NCBI RefSeq assembly: GCF_028641065.1
Contig: NC_073392.1
Location: 14,012,001-14,076,000 of the forward strand
Reading direction: 5' to 3'
DNA: 64,000 nt
From: Leucoraja erinacea
Taxonomy: Eukaryota
Within the stretch, counting starts at the first letter, position 1; the number at the start of each line of letters is the position of its first letter. A program made the position numbers and the translations under genes. A model generated the notes under the pieces. That model searched no databases, was not told the DNA's origin, and saw only the letters and a program-made list of their open reading frames with translations. Positions 1 to 13,271 of the stretch are shown one piece after another.

Positions 1-806
1 ATTCCTGATAATATTATTTAACACATTCCATATGCCCTTGATATTATTTTTATTATCGTTTAATATTTTATTATAATAATCTTTCTTACATATCCTCATA
101 ATACTAGTCAATTTGTTTTTGTACCTTTTATATTTACTTTCTGCTTCTATAGTTCTGAATTTTATGAATTCTTTATACAAGATATTCTTTTTTTGAAGAA
201 ATGGTTGAAGAAATTATGGTTCTATTTTGAACATTCATTCTTAGATTCTGGACTTTGCTTTCAGAGAACCACAATTAGGGTACTCAGTAAATGATTATTT
301 TATTAATCATTAATACAATGAAGGTATCGCTAGAGTTTTGGATCCTAAATATTAACGGTTTCTCTTGGACAGATGCTGCCTCACCTGCTGAGCATTTCAG
401 CACATCATGTTCTCAGTTCAAATTACATATTGTAGTGGAGATTGATTCTAATATTGATGACGGCCTACAACATTGCATGTTTGCCTAGCTTTTCTTTTCC
501 AGACCTGTTCTGAATCTGACCTCTTTCATGTCGCACAACACAATGAATATCATAAAGTGCTGGAGTGACCCGCTGTGTTACTCCAGCACTTTTTGTTCTA
601 TACACGATTCCAGCACCTGCAGTTCCTTGTGAAATAATTTCTGGAGCTATTACTCCAGTTCTGGTCTCTCACAACCATTGGGAGCACCCCCCCCCCCCCC
701 CCCCTACATTTTATCCAGCATCATTTTATACAGTGACCTCCATAATGTTTGGGACAAAGACCAGTCATATAATTATTTGCCTCTGTACTCCACTATTTGA
801 GATTTG
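1..806. repeat. Copy 1 of a recent ~2.7-kb tandem duplication (matches 2705-3501); runs off the window start
   Basis: 1-806 is nearly identical to 2705-3501 (ORFs 291-488 and 2995-3192 differ by 1 aa). Identity ends at GAGATTTG (806/3501), inside the Tc1 left end. Confidence 0.9.
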
Positions 807-1734
807 GAAACAGGCCCTGTGGACAACTTTGTCCATGCTATCCATTCAATAATAACTCGTTCAAGCTAGTTCTATGATATGTGCAACAATATATTTTAGT
901 TGGACAACAGAAAATGCTGAGAGATAATTTTATTTCTTATAAACTCTCCTTCCTACAAAATGGAGACATTCTTACAACATACTTAAATCAGTTTTAAAGC
1001 TTCCAGTAGGTACTGACACCTTCTTACGATGTGCTAGAAAAAACAATTGCTGCAAATATATCTCTGTACCAGCAATCCTGCTTCCAAAAGGCAGTTTTCG
1101 AGACAGAGAAGAAGTACTGCAGTATAAATAGGGAAACACAACTCTGACATAAATCAGTGTCAATAGACTTTTGAGATAATTTCAAGGTGAAGTCGGAGAA
1201 TCTACTGGTTGAGCTAATTGGCATCATTAAAGTGTCAGCAAACGTTTTTTTCATTGGTTTTCAACACCCTACAAAATGGAGGAACAGGAGTACACGTGCC
1301 AGATTATTGTTTGCTCATCTTGTTCCGTGGATAAACAGAACAGCTGATCAGAGCTCTAGTCACTAACACAGTGCCTATCATTAGAACACAAGAAATACTC
1401 TATTTAGTACATTTCAGGACCTGAGGACATTTTGGAGCACATTATAGCCAAATAAGTACTTTTATAGTTGCTGTGGTAATACTGGAAACTCAACAATACT
1501 GGAAAATCAAATTGTCTGAACTGAAACAAGAAAGTCAGACAGTATCCATTAAAACCATTACAACCTAAAGAACAGCAGTTATATTTTGTGACATACGTGA
1601 AATTAAACTGTTAAAATTAGTAGCTGATAAAGGGGAGAAAATGTTTGCTTTTATGGTGAAAAATCAATTTAATGCATTACTAAACCCATTATAGATTGCT
1701 TAGATCACACTGATCCAAGTAATTTTAATTTATC

Positions 1735-2900
1735 TCAATTTACCTCCAAAAGCTGCTGCAAATTGTCCCCATCACAGAAAATATTAGTGTCATCTGCAAA
1801 TAACACAAATTTCAAGAGGTTTGACACCCTACATATATCATTAATATACAAAATAAATAATTTGGGGCCCAAAACCGACCCCTGTGGGACTCCACAAGTT
1901 ATTTCTAAGCATGTTGATTTGCAGTCCCCTATTTGCACAAACTGATGTATTTTACTTATGTAGCTTCTCATCCACTCTAGTACAACCCCTCTGATTCCAT
2001 ACTTTTCCAGTTTTTTGATTAGCAAATGATGATCAATTGTATCAAATGCTTTTTTCAAATCTATAAATATACCCACTGCATATTTCTTGTTATCTATAGA
2101 ACTGGTAATGTCTTCAATTAACTCCATTAATGCCATGGATGTTTGACCTGAATCCATATTGACCAACAACTAGCAATTCGTCCTTCTCGATAAAGTTATC
2201 TAATCTACTTACATACAGTTTTCCTAATATTTTTGAGAACTGAGAGAGTAACGACACCGGCCTGTAATTTGTAAATTGATTTCTGTCTCCAGCTTTGTAT
2301 AGTGGGATGACTTTGGCAGTTTTCATTTTACATGGAAATACACCAGTTTTGAAAGATAAATTGCAAATATAAGTTAAGGGTTTTACAATTACACCAATGA
2401 CTACCTTGATTAAAGCCATATCAATGTCATTCCAGTCTGTAGACCTTTTATTCTTACAATTACTAGCAATGTCAATAATCTCCTTTTCATCAGCTGCTTT
2501 CAAAAACATTGAGTTTGGGTTGCTGTCTAACAAATCCACAACCTTCCCCTCTCCTTTTTCTGACTGTGGATTATCGATTTCTTCTGCCAGTTTTGGTCCC
2601 ACACTTACAAAAAATTTGTTAAACCCATTAACCACATCATTCATATTGCTTACAGTTGTATCATTGTCTTCAAAATACTGAGGGTAGTTTATATTCATTG
2701 ATCCATTCCTGATAATATTATTTAACACATTCCATATGCCCTTGATATTATTTTTATTATCGTTTAATATTTTATTATAATAATCTTTCTTACATATCCT
2801 CATAATACTAGTCAATTTGTTTTTGTACCTTTTATATTTACTTTCTGCTTCTATAGTTCTGAATTTTATGAATTCTTTATACAAGATATTCTTTTTTTGA
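1735..2900 (-). mobile_element. Non-LTR retrotransposon RT fragment (L2/Crack/Daphne-like, CR1 group), frameshifted
   Basis: ORFs 2114-2884 and 1735-2169 carry RT motifs: KTAKVIPLYK, NYRPVSLL, QYGFR, FIDLKKAFDT, GVPQGSVLGPKLFILYIND, FADDT. Confidence 0.9.
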
Positions 2901-3425
2901 AGAAATGGTTGAAGAAATTATGGTTCTATTTTGAACATTCATTCTTAGATTCTGGACTTTGCTTTCAGAGAACCACAATTAGGGTACTCAGTAAATGATT
3001 ATTTTATTAATCATTAATACAATGAAGGTATCGCTAGAGTTTTGGATCCTAAATATTAACGGTTTCTCTTGGACAGATGCTGCCTCACCTGCTGAGCATT
3101 TCAGCACATCATGTTCTCAGGTCAAATTACATATTGTAGTGGAGATTGATTCTAATATTGATGACGGCCTACAACATTGCATGTTTGCCTAGCTTTTCTT
3201 TTCCAGACCTGTTCTGAATCTGACCTCTTTCATGTCGCACAACACAATGAATATCATAAAGTGCTGGAGTGACCCGCTGTGTTACTCCAGCACTTTTTGT
3301 TTTATACACGATTCCAGCACCTGCAGTTCCTTGTGAAAACATTTCTGAAGCTATTACTCCAGTTCTGGTCTCTCACAACCATTGGGAGCATCTCCCCTCT
3401 ACATTTTATCCAGTATCATTTTATA

Positions 3426-4822
3426 CAGTGACCTCCATAATGTTTGGGACAAAGACCAGTCATATAATTATTTGCCTCTGTACTCCACTATTTGAGATTT
3501 GTAATAGAAAACAATCTCAAATGGTTAAAGTGCACATTGTCAAATTTTAATAAAGGCCATTTTTTATACATTTTGGTTTCACCATGTAGAAATTACAGCT
3601 GTGTTTATACATAGTTCCTCCATTTCAGGGCACCATAATGTTTGGGACACAGCAATGCCATGTAAATCAAAGTAGTTATGTTTAGTATTTTGTTGCATAT
3701 CCTTTGCTTGCAATGACTGCTTGAAGTCTACAATTCATGGACATCACCAATTGCTGGGTGTCTTCTCTGGTGATGTTCTGCTGGGCCTGTATTGCAGCCA
3801 TCTTTAGCTTATGCTTGTTTTGGGGGTTAGTCCCCTTCAGTTTTCTCTTCAGCATATAGGTGGCATGCCCAATTGGGTTCAGATTGGGTGATTGACTTGG
3901 CCACTCAAGAATTGACCATTTTTTAGCTTTGAAAAACTCCTTTGTTTCTTCAGCAGTATGTTTGGGATCATTTGTCTTGCTGTAGAATGAACCACCAGCC
4001 AATGAGTTTTGAGGCATTTGTTTGAACTTGAGCAGATAGGATGTGTCTATACACTTCAGAATTCATTATGCTACTACCATCAGCAGTTGTATCGTCAATG
4101 AAGATAAGTGAGCCAGTACCTTCAGTAGCCATACATGCCAGGCCATAACACCCCCACCAGTGTTTCACAGATGAGGTGGTATGCTTTGGATCTTGGGCAG
4201 TTCCTTCTCTCCTCCATACTTTGCTCTTGCCATTACTCTGATATAAGTTAATCTTCGTCTCATCTGTCCACAGGACCATTTTCCTGAACTGTGGTTGCTC
4301 TTTTCAGTACTTCTGGGCAAACTGTAACCTGGCCATCCTATTTTTGCGGCTAACCAGTGGTATGCATGTTGCAGTGCAGCCTCTTTATTTCTGCTCATGA
4401 AGTCTTCTGCAGACAGTGGTCATTGACAAATCCACACGTGGCTCCTGAAGAGTGTTTCTGATCAGTAGGACAGGTGTTTGGGGATTTTTCGTTATTATAG
4501 AGAGAATTATTCTGTCATCAGCTGTGGAGGTCTTCCTTGGCCTGCCAGTCCCTTTGCGATTAGTAAGCTCACCAGTGCTCTCTTTCTTCTTAATTATGTT
4601 CCAAACAGTTGATTTTGGTGAGCCTAAGATTTGGCTGATGTCTCTAACAGTTTTATTCTTGTTTCTCAGTCTCATAATGGCTTATGTGCTCATCATGTGC
4701 CGAGAGCTCTATTATACCTGCGTTAAGGAGGCATTTAAGCACACCTGAGCAATTACAAATGCCTGTGAAGCCATGTGTCCCAAACATTATGGTGTCCTGA
4801 AATGGGGGGGGGGGGACTATGT
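3426..4822 (-). mobile_element. Tc1/mariner (Tc1, IR/DR-type) DNA transposon, inactivated; outer right TIR missing
   Basis: TA|CAGTG left end at 3424-3430. Direct repeat CCATAATGTTTGGGACA at ~3435 and ~3633; its inverted counterpart lies at ~4774-4822. Frameshifted transposase (4385-4675, 3968-4279, 3682-4017) has HTH, GRPRKTS, VLWTDETK, QQD.NDPKH and WPSQSPNLNPIG (canonical SPDLNPIE mutated). Confidence 0.93.
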
Positions 4823-6199
4823 TTTAGGCCATAGTAGATTCAATGAACCATTGTTGCTCTTCCTCCAATGTGAGACCACCCTTTATCAGATACATTGACC
4901 CAAACTGCACACAATCTCTAGATAGGGCCCCACCCAGGGCTGTAAAGCAGCTTAGTCTTGTTACGAAGGATGCTGGAATATTAATTGAAGATGCAATACT
5001 GTGAGTGAGACTGTCAGAGTGTTGCTTGACTGGTCTGTGGAACAACTCTCTCAATTCACTCATCGGCTCACAGGAATTGGCAATGAGAACTTTGAAAGGA
5101 TGGCATAGTTGGAAAAAAAACTTCACTATACCCATATCCTGAGTCAATGAATAGGGGCCTCATGGTTTCATTCTAATTTTGTTTAAACCCAGCTTGCTAG
5201 GCGGTTAAATATCAATCACAGGTCTACTGTCACACAAGGACCAGATTAGGGAAGCAGTATAATAGATTTATTTGCCAAGAGAAACAACATATAGAGAGGT
5301 TGATTTGTTCTCAGTTCCTTAATGAGCCTTCCATAAAGTGTGCACCTTTTCTTGTGCTTCAATCAAGAGTAAAACTGTACAGAGTCTTCCAGAGAAAATG
5401 TTATTTGTGATTGTTGGATGCATTAGGATACTACTGATGCTATGGAAGCCTGCAATATCACAGAGAAATCACATTTTACGTGGAGTCCACCAATCAATAC
5501 ACCCTTGGGCATCTTACAACATGTATGGTGATGAAGTGAAGAAGAAAACAGAATGTTTCTTCAATCAAATTGAGCTCTCCCTCTTGTTATGAATTTTGAA
5601 TTGAAACAAAAGAGAATGCAAAAAGGCATCTGTACAATGATAAAGTTATTAATCAACAATGGTTTCAAGAGATCAAGAGAGAGCCATGAATTATTCTCAG
5701 AAAAAAGCAGATTATTAAATAGGCCCCTATTGAAATAAGTATTAAATATTTGATGCACAGCTAAGTTTAATAAACAACACATTTCAGAAAATCTGTTGTG
5801 GACATCAATATCAATATTTTGCTTTGACTAGGTAGGTTTTGATTCTATGTTCACTTGAACAATTCCACTCTAGATCATGGATTAATGATATCCTCACCTG
5901 CAATTCAAAATACACAAATAAAGCCTCTCTAATTGTTACAATCAATTGGAACTAGACTCTATCTCCAGATCTATTTCAGGTGCAATAACAGCACAAGTAC
6001 AAAGATATCAACTATTTCTTGTCATCGTTGTGGTGAAATTAGCTCTGAGCTTTCACATTCTCTTGCAAAGAGACCACCCCTCTGTAGTTCAGCCAAGGGT
6101 TGGGGCACTATAAAAAGCAGCCCCCACGAGGACCTTTGTCGATCTTCTGGATTTGGGGGGGGGAGCTTAGAAGAGTTTATTTACATATTGATTCAGGAG

Positions 6200-6480
6200 A
6201 TAATGGCAGTAGTCCGAGATGGCATTATTGAAGGAATATCCAGTGAATCTTTATGGGTGGAGCTGAGCAATAACAAGGAGATATTCATCTTGCTCTGATT
6301 GTACTATAAGTCCCCAAATTGTCAACGGGAATGAGAGTAATTAATATGCAGAGAGATTGCAGCCAGTTGCATGAATAATAACGCTATCATAAAATGTGAT
6401 TTTGAATTCCCAAATATAATCTGGGACTGCCATAGTGCTAACAATTTAGATACGGTGGAATTTGTTTAGTGTGCAGTTAG
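6200..6480 (+). mobile_element. CR1 LINE endonuclease-region fragment, degraded
   Basis: Translation SSESLWVELSNNK, followed by degenerate YYxPP and D-F-N-F-P-N-I-x-W-like motifs typical of CR1 ORF2. Confidence 0.6.
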
Positions 6481-7789
6481 TAGCAGTCCTGATACCTGGT
6501 GTTGGATATTTATGTATATTCCAAACCGTAGGGATTGGGGAATTGTTGAAACCTCCTCTTCCCGCAGAACACTGATCAAGAAAAGTGGTGAATGACTAAC
6601 AGCAACTATGGATTCTGCATAGAAATCTAAAGTTGCTGATAGTTATGTGTGTAAACAAGTACAATTAAATGAGGAATGTGGAAATGCAGGCAGTTCCCAT
6701 AGAATCAGAAGCGTTTTATTTTGATAGAGCAATTGTATTTGTAATTACAATTAAAGTAATGTCATGATTATACCTCTTTTCCCTTTGGAAAAATTGCCTG
6801 AAGAAAGTTCCTTACACTAAACATCTACCAAAAACTCTGCCCCCCCCCAAAAAACTGAGACTTGGGAAGAAATAGGAGCAGTAGGCATCTTCCCACTTCC
6901 AACTAAACCATGGCTGATCCTGTACCTCAAACTCACTTGCCACACATGGTCTGATTCTCTTTGAGTTCAAACATCTCTCCCACAATGTTCAATATAACCA
7001 AATGTATACAGCTCCCTCAAGGAATGCAGCCTATGCCATGAAAAGGATTATTCCCATATTGTTTCTAAACAGCCACCCCCTTACTCTTGAGACTTTATCC
7101 CAAGCTTCCGCATCCAGCTGCAGTGAACAGCCTCTCACTAGAAGTCTACTGAGTCTTCTACTGAAGTTCTACTTTGGGTCTGAAGAAAGGTTCTGACTCA
7201 AAACATCACCTATTCCTTTTCTCCAGAGATGCTGCCTGACCCGCTGAGTTACTCTAGCATTTTGAGCCTCTCAGTATCTGCCTAGTCTGTCCCTCTCATA
7301 ATCACAATGTTTTCATCTCTCATTTTTCAGAACTCCAATGAATCGTGACCATACTCATTCAGTTTTCACGGAGCAACTCACTAATCCTCAAATTTAATCT
7401 AATAAAGTCTTTCTATATTTCCACCAAGAACATTCTTCCTATAATGGTTCCACATTGTTCCCTGGCCAAATAATGACATGCATTTTATTTATGTACATAT
7501 ATGTACACATATTGTACATATTAAACATACATATATTTCCATATATTTGGACACTAAATAAACGTTGTTTAATTCCTTGAGTTGGGAGCAGTGAACAGGC
7601 TAAAGAAATTCAACTGATGAGATACTGGCATGATAAACTCTGATAGGAGAGATTGGACTAACTGTAAAATTGTAGCTTGTCTATTTACGAGTGAAGTTAA
7701 GAAATGTTCTTAAGTGAAGTTAAAAAATTGAAATTTTCAAGAAAGGTGGTGAATTTATTTTTGTTAGATTTGTGTATAGAATTACACAT

Positions 7790-8490
7790 GGATATCAATA
7801 TTAGTATTGTCTAGAAAATATACTTTATGCATTTTTGGACTAAATGGGTACCGTGTTTCATGACCTAAAGACCTTCTGAAAGTATAAACACAGAATATCC
7901 TCTGGTTCTCCCTTATCTATTCTACCAGCTACATCCTCAAAACACTTCAGGAGTTTTGTCAAAAAACATTTTCCTTTCATAAATCTATATTGATTTTTTT
8001 CTGGCCCCTTGATATTTTTTAATAGTCTTTTATCACAAGCTTTATTATAGACTCTAGCAATTTCCCCCATTACTCATGTCAGGTTAACCAGTATATAGAT
8101 CCATGCCTTCTCTTCCCAAACTTTTTTGGGGATACATTTGCCACCTGCCAACTGCAGAAACTGTCCGTAAATCTAGCCAAGTTCAGCTGATGATTGCCAC
8201 TGCATCCACTATTTCAACAGCCACATTGTCTAATACTCTGGGACGCAGATTATAAAGCCTGATGATTGATCAACTTTTAGTGCCATTAGTTTCTCAAGCA
8301 CTATTATTCAACTAACACCAATTTACTTTTATTCCTCCTCTTGGTCCCCAAGCATCTCTCGGGTGTTATTTATGTCGCCTTCCATGAAGACAGAACAAAA
8401 CTATATGATTAATTTCTCTGCCATTTCCTTATTCCCCACTATAAATTTTCCTGCTTCTGACTGTAAGGAGAAGACATTTGTCTTCACTAA
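7790..8490 (-). mobile_element. CR1 LINE RT fragment, degraded
   Basis: ORF 7858-8070: NQYRFMKGKCFLTKLLKCFEDV..RIDKGEPEDILCLYFQKVF, a decayed QHGFxKGKSCLTNL...DVVYLDFQKAF motif. Confidence 0.75.
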
Positions 8491-8744
8491 TCTTTACTTT
8501 TTTTTAATGAATAAAATCGGTGAGTTAGATTGAAGTAATTTAATGAAACTATCAAACGAATATTTATTTTAGGAATATAAATGAAATGGGCTGAATGAGA
8601 TTGTCAATGGCAGTTTTGGAAGAATGAGCAACACTGTCAGAGCATTGTGGAGATGACATTTCACTTGCAGCTATCTTGAGGCTTCAAGCTGCCTAAAGGA
8701 ACCCAATTGGTATAGACTGGAGCAACAGAGATCTTTCAGGCCAC

Positions 8745-9268
8745 ATAGAAACATTGAAACATAGAAAATAGGTGCAGGAGTAGGCCATTCGGCCCTTCGA
8801 GCCTGCACCACCATTCAATATGACCATGGCTGATCATCCAACTCAGTATCCTGTACCTCCCTTCTCTCCATACCCCCTGATACCTTTAGCCACAAGGGCC
8901 ACATCTAACTCCCTCTTAAATATAGCCAATGAACTGGCCTCAACTGTGGCAGAGAATTCCAGAGATTCACCACTCTCTGTGTGAAAAATGTTTTTTTCAT
9001 CTCGGTCCTAATGTCAAATGTCATGGGCTTCTCTAAACATTTCTATGCAAGGTATACTTCAAGACAGTTCTCATTCAGATTAAAAATTCTGGAAAACATC
9101 TGCTACCTCGATCCAGTTCCCTTATCCTTAAACTGTGACCCCTTGTTCTGGACTTCCCCAACATCGGGAACAATCTTCCTGTATCTAGCCTGTCCAACCC
9201 CTTAAGAATTTTGTAAGTTTCTATAAGATCCCCCCTTATAGAAACTTACAAAATTCTTAAGGGGTTGG
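8745..9268 (-). mobile_element. 5'-truncated CR1/HER1 LINE 3' end with an internal insertion and a 5' fold-back
   Basis: Near-identical to the copy at 53555-53940, with a (CATAGAAA)n tail on the + strand. Flanked by TTCAGGCCAC / TTCAGCCAC. Confidence 0.88.
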
Positions 9269-10609
9269 CCTTCAGCCACTGTCTTGTATATGCCACATAC
9301 CTTGCACTACAACCCATAGTGCGCGATTATACAGCGATTGTATCAGGATTTTGAGTGATATAACCCATCCCATCAAAATCGCTCAAAACATCTATTGTGC
9401 ATTTAAGTTATTTTCTACCATCTTAATTATTGTATTGATGAAATAATAGCTGATTACCAATCTTAGCAATCAAGTCCTATAAATATTTCCTCAATAAACT
9501 CAGGTAAAGCATGACAAAATATTATTGATGTGCAATAAAGCCAAAGTCATCTTGTTCTTCTGAAGTTACTCTTTTTGCCATATTGTAAAGATAGTCTGAA
9601 GAGGGGGTGAGACTCATCCTTGATTATGCTGGTTGCCTTGCCGAGGCAGCGTGAAGTGTAGATCGAGTCAATGAATGTGAGGTTGGTTTGTGTGATGGCC
9701 TAGGCTGCATCCACAATTCTCTGCAATTTCTTGTGGTGTTAGATGAAGCTGTTCCCAAAACATGCTGTGATCACGAATAGTCTTTCCGCTGACTGGACCG
9801 CATGCAACACGTGACAATAAACTAAATTAAACTATTAGGCTTCAAATCACTCCAATCCTGCATCCTGAAATGTTACTTCAAAAAGAAAACAGATTTACAT
9901 TTTAATGAATCAATACAAAATGTTTCTGTTTCTAACTAGGAAGCTTGCTGAGTCGGCTGTTCACTTGTTCAGAGCAATGTTTCACTCTCACTGAATTATC
10001 ACCTTTAATGCTTCTCTAAAATAAGATAAATTGACTCATGGAGTTGTCCATCACAGAAACAGACCCTTTACCCACCAAGTCCTTGCAAATTGTATGGTCC
10101 ATTTACACTAATCTCACGCCTACATTAGGACTGTATCCTTTTAAGCATCTGTCCGAATGCCTCCTAAATATCATGATCTGGTTCCACCACCATCCCTGTT
10201 AGCCCATTCCAGATATCAACTACTCTCTGTGTAAAAAAAAAACCTTCCCTCTGTTCCTCTTCAAAACTCCTTCCTAACACCATAAACCTGTACTCTGATA
10301 GCCCATTTTTTCCCCATGTAGTGCTATCTTACTTACAATGCTCTCACAATGCTGCATACTTCAATCAGGTCATTCCACAGTCTTCTTCATTCCAGGGAAA
10401 ATAAGTTCAGCCTAACCAATGACACTATAACTAAAGTCTTCTGAGCCAAGTAATGTTGTGGTGAATCTCTTATACACTCAATCCAGTGCAACCAAATCCA
10501 ACCCATAGCATGCTGACCATCTCTGAACTGCAGCCTAACCAATGTTTTGTAATGTTTTAACATTGCCCCATCCTATGGAGGCAAGCATGCCATATGCTTT
10601 GGATGGATA

Positions 10610-10870
10610 AAGTGCTGGAGTAATTCAGCAGGTCAGGCAGCATCTCTGGAGAAAATAGATAGGTGACACTTCAGGTCGTGACCCTAGTTCATTTTGGGAG
10701 GGAGTGGGGGGAGGATTGGAAGCAACTTGCCTGTAGTCCCCCTCTCCACTCTACAGTCTGAAAGTTCCTCAAACTATCACCTATCCATTTTCTCCAGAGA
10801 TGCTGCCTGAACCATTGAGTTAGTACAGCACTTTGTGTCTATCTTTGGTATAAACCAGCATCTGCAGTTC
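10610..10870. repeat. Penelope-derived palindromic repeat
   Basis: Inverted arms AAAGTGCTGGAGTAATTCAGCAGGTCAGGCAGCATCTCTGGAG ... CTCCAGAGATGCTGCCTGA...CAGCACTTTGTGTC. Confidence 0.7.
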
Positions 10871-13048
10871 CTTTTTATTACATTATACCATATGCTTTCT
10901 TCACCACTCCATCCACCCAAGTTGCTTCTTTCAGGGAACAATACACTTGCACCACTGGATCTCTCTGTTCATCAACATTCCTGGGTGCCCTACCATTTAT
11001 TCCTCATGTCCTACCCCTATTTGACTTCTCAAAATACATCACTTCGCAGTTCGGTCTTAAAATATAAAGTACAAATTGCCGTCATTTCTGAATTTTCCAG
11101 AGAGAATTTATGTGATGCCGTTCACTACAAATGAATTCAGCACATCTTGCAATGGAATTTCCCTGTGGATTTACCAAAGTTGTTGTAAATATATTATGCT
11201 GTTGTGTAGGAACATCAAATTTTACTTTGAATCTGAATGATTATAGGAGCAACATCTCAGTGTAATGGTGCTGTGATTTCTCGTTAGATGTGTATCATAA
11301 ATATGGTAACCTAGATGATAGATTATATGTAACTTTTCTTAGATTAAGTCATTTTTGTTTTATGTTTGCTTGCTGCTGGAGCTAAACAGTAAGGATATGT
11401 CACAGTGTAAGTTTTAATCTGGGAGTGTGGAGTGAACAGTTCCTAAGAAATTGCTCCAACCTATCACAAGTCACAGATACATTCCACACACAAAGTAATT
11501 TCCAAAGTCTAAAGGTGTAACATTTTCAACAATTTATCATTGACCATACCACTTTTCATGTCGTGTTAATGTTCCAATCTGCACAGGATGATGGTGGCAA
11601 ACATAAAATAAACTAATCTGGTCACTTTTGGTTTACAATGAAGGTCGTTTGGAGGTAAATGATAAATATGCCTCTCGGCTGATGGGGTTAGTTCCTAAAA
11701 TATTTTTAAGCTAAGTTTATTTATTTTTTAATGTTCATATCTGATCACCAGGTTGCCTGAACTATTGTTATGGCTTGAAGGATGGATCCATTAGCTAATT
11801 ACACCAATGTTTGTAACTTTGTGGCAGACGGACTTTTTTCCTTATTCACCAGCAATCCCACTACCACAACATTCTTGGTTTGGCAAGCCAAACTCCACAA
11901 GCAGTCACTCATGCACTGCCAGTCACAACAGTGGGATCAGCCATCACTACCCCTCCCAATGCTAACCTTTGCTATCTGTTTCCATCCCCTGTTCTGGAAT
12001 TAGGAGTTTTTGGGAGATAAGTGGAGAAGAGTGAAAAGCAGTTTTGATGATCCACTTACTGTATGTGATATATGACAGGACTCTTCTCCCTTCTCCCAAC
12101 ACTTCCCACACTCAACCTCTTTCATGATTCAAGCTTTTCACTCTACTTCGGTACTAGCGACAATAATAATTAATCTAAACCTAAACTCATCTCTGAAACC
12201 TGGATATCTTTACGACCGTAGCCCAGCCAGTTTCTGGCTGTGGATGGGAAACATATTGGGAAAAAATATTGAAGCAATCATAACTGTTAGTTTAACAGCA
12301 CCAGAGGGAAATATATTCTCCCAAAAAAACCCATAAAGTGCAAAAGCAACTCAGCCAGTCAAGCATCATCTGCAGAAGGAGAAACCAGTCAATGTTTTGG
12401 GTCAGTGACCCTTCCTTATTTGTTATCCATTCCCCCAGGACTCGACCCATATTTTTTCTCCGCCTTGTAGTTACTATCAGGCCCATTTTTCTTGTGTGTT
12501 CATATTTCTATGATAATGCACATTTGATCCTTGATGGGCAACGTAGCATTGAACACAGTTCCATTTGTTTATATTTGGGATGTGGATAAAGCTCGATGCA
12601 ACTGAGTGTGTGACCCATTCCCAAAGTCAATTATAGAGTACGGGGTTGGAGTTAAATGTCAATATATGTGTATGGGCAGCTGTTTCCTTCCATAACATTC
12701 TGGTTAAAATTTAAGTGATACCTTGGCTGTTTTGCTGATCATGTCTCTCAAGAAATGACCAAACTGAACTAAATGTATTTGTATCACTTTCTTCAGGTGG
12801 GATATGACGTCACAAACTTTAGATTCCTACTACAAAATTGCAGGAATAAGTAATTCTATGTTAATGTATAATTGCTTCTAAAATTGTTCCTGCATCACAT
12901 AGTTTGGATGCATTTTTAATGAAAAAAAATTGGAAATGACATATATGGGTACCAAAGGGAAATACATATTATGGAACCAATTGGAATTTTGCTGAACTTT
13001 TCAAATAGAGAGATGTTTCAAAGCACAATTGAGAACAAAATTACTTAC

Positions 13049-13271
13049 AGTCCTCTCCTGAATATCCTGTTACAATCTTTGGTTCAGGACCCTCTCCAAT
13101 ATCATTTATGGCTTGTACTTTGATGTCATAAGGTACAAATGTTGGGGTATTCTCAACAAAGTGATGATGCTTGTTGCCTGTATGTGCATGCCATTTGGTG
13201 TCAACGCCTTGTAGTCTCCAACTAACGTTGTACTTCAGTCCAGGCCCATTCCAGTCAACGCGTTTCAGTGG
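13049..13271 (-). CDS. Internal coding exon (223 nt, phase 0 to phase 1) of an L1-family neural cell adhesion molecule (L1CAM or CHL1), second FnIII domain
   Basis: Translation PLKRVDWNGPGLKYNVSWRLQG...NTPTFVPYDIKVQAINDIGEGPEPKIVTGYSGED matches the L1-family signature (…PTFVPYEIKVQA.N..G.GPEP….GYSGED). Acceptor TTTTTGCAG| and donor |GTAAGT are canonical. The paralogue cannot be settled by eye. Confidence 0.93.
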
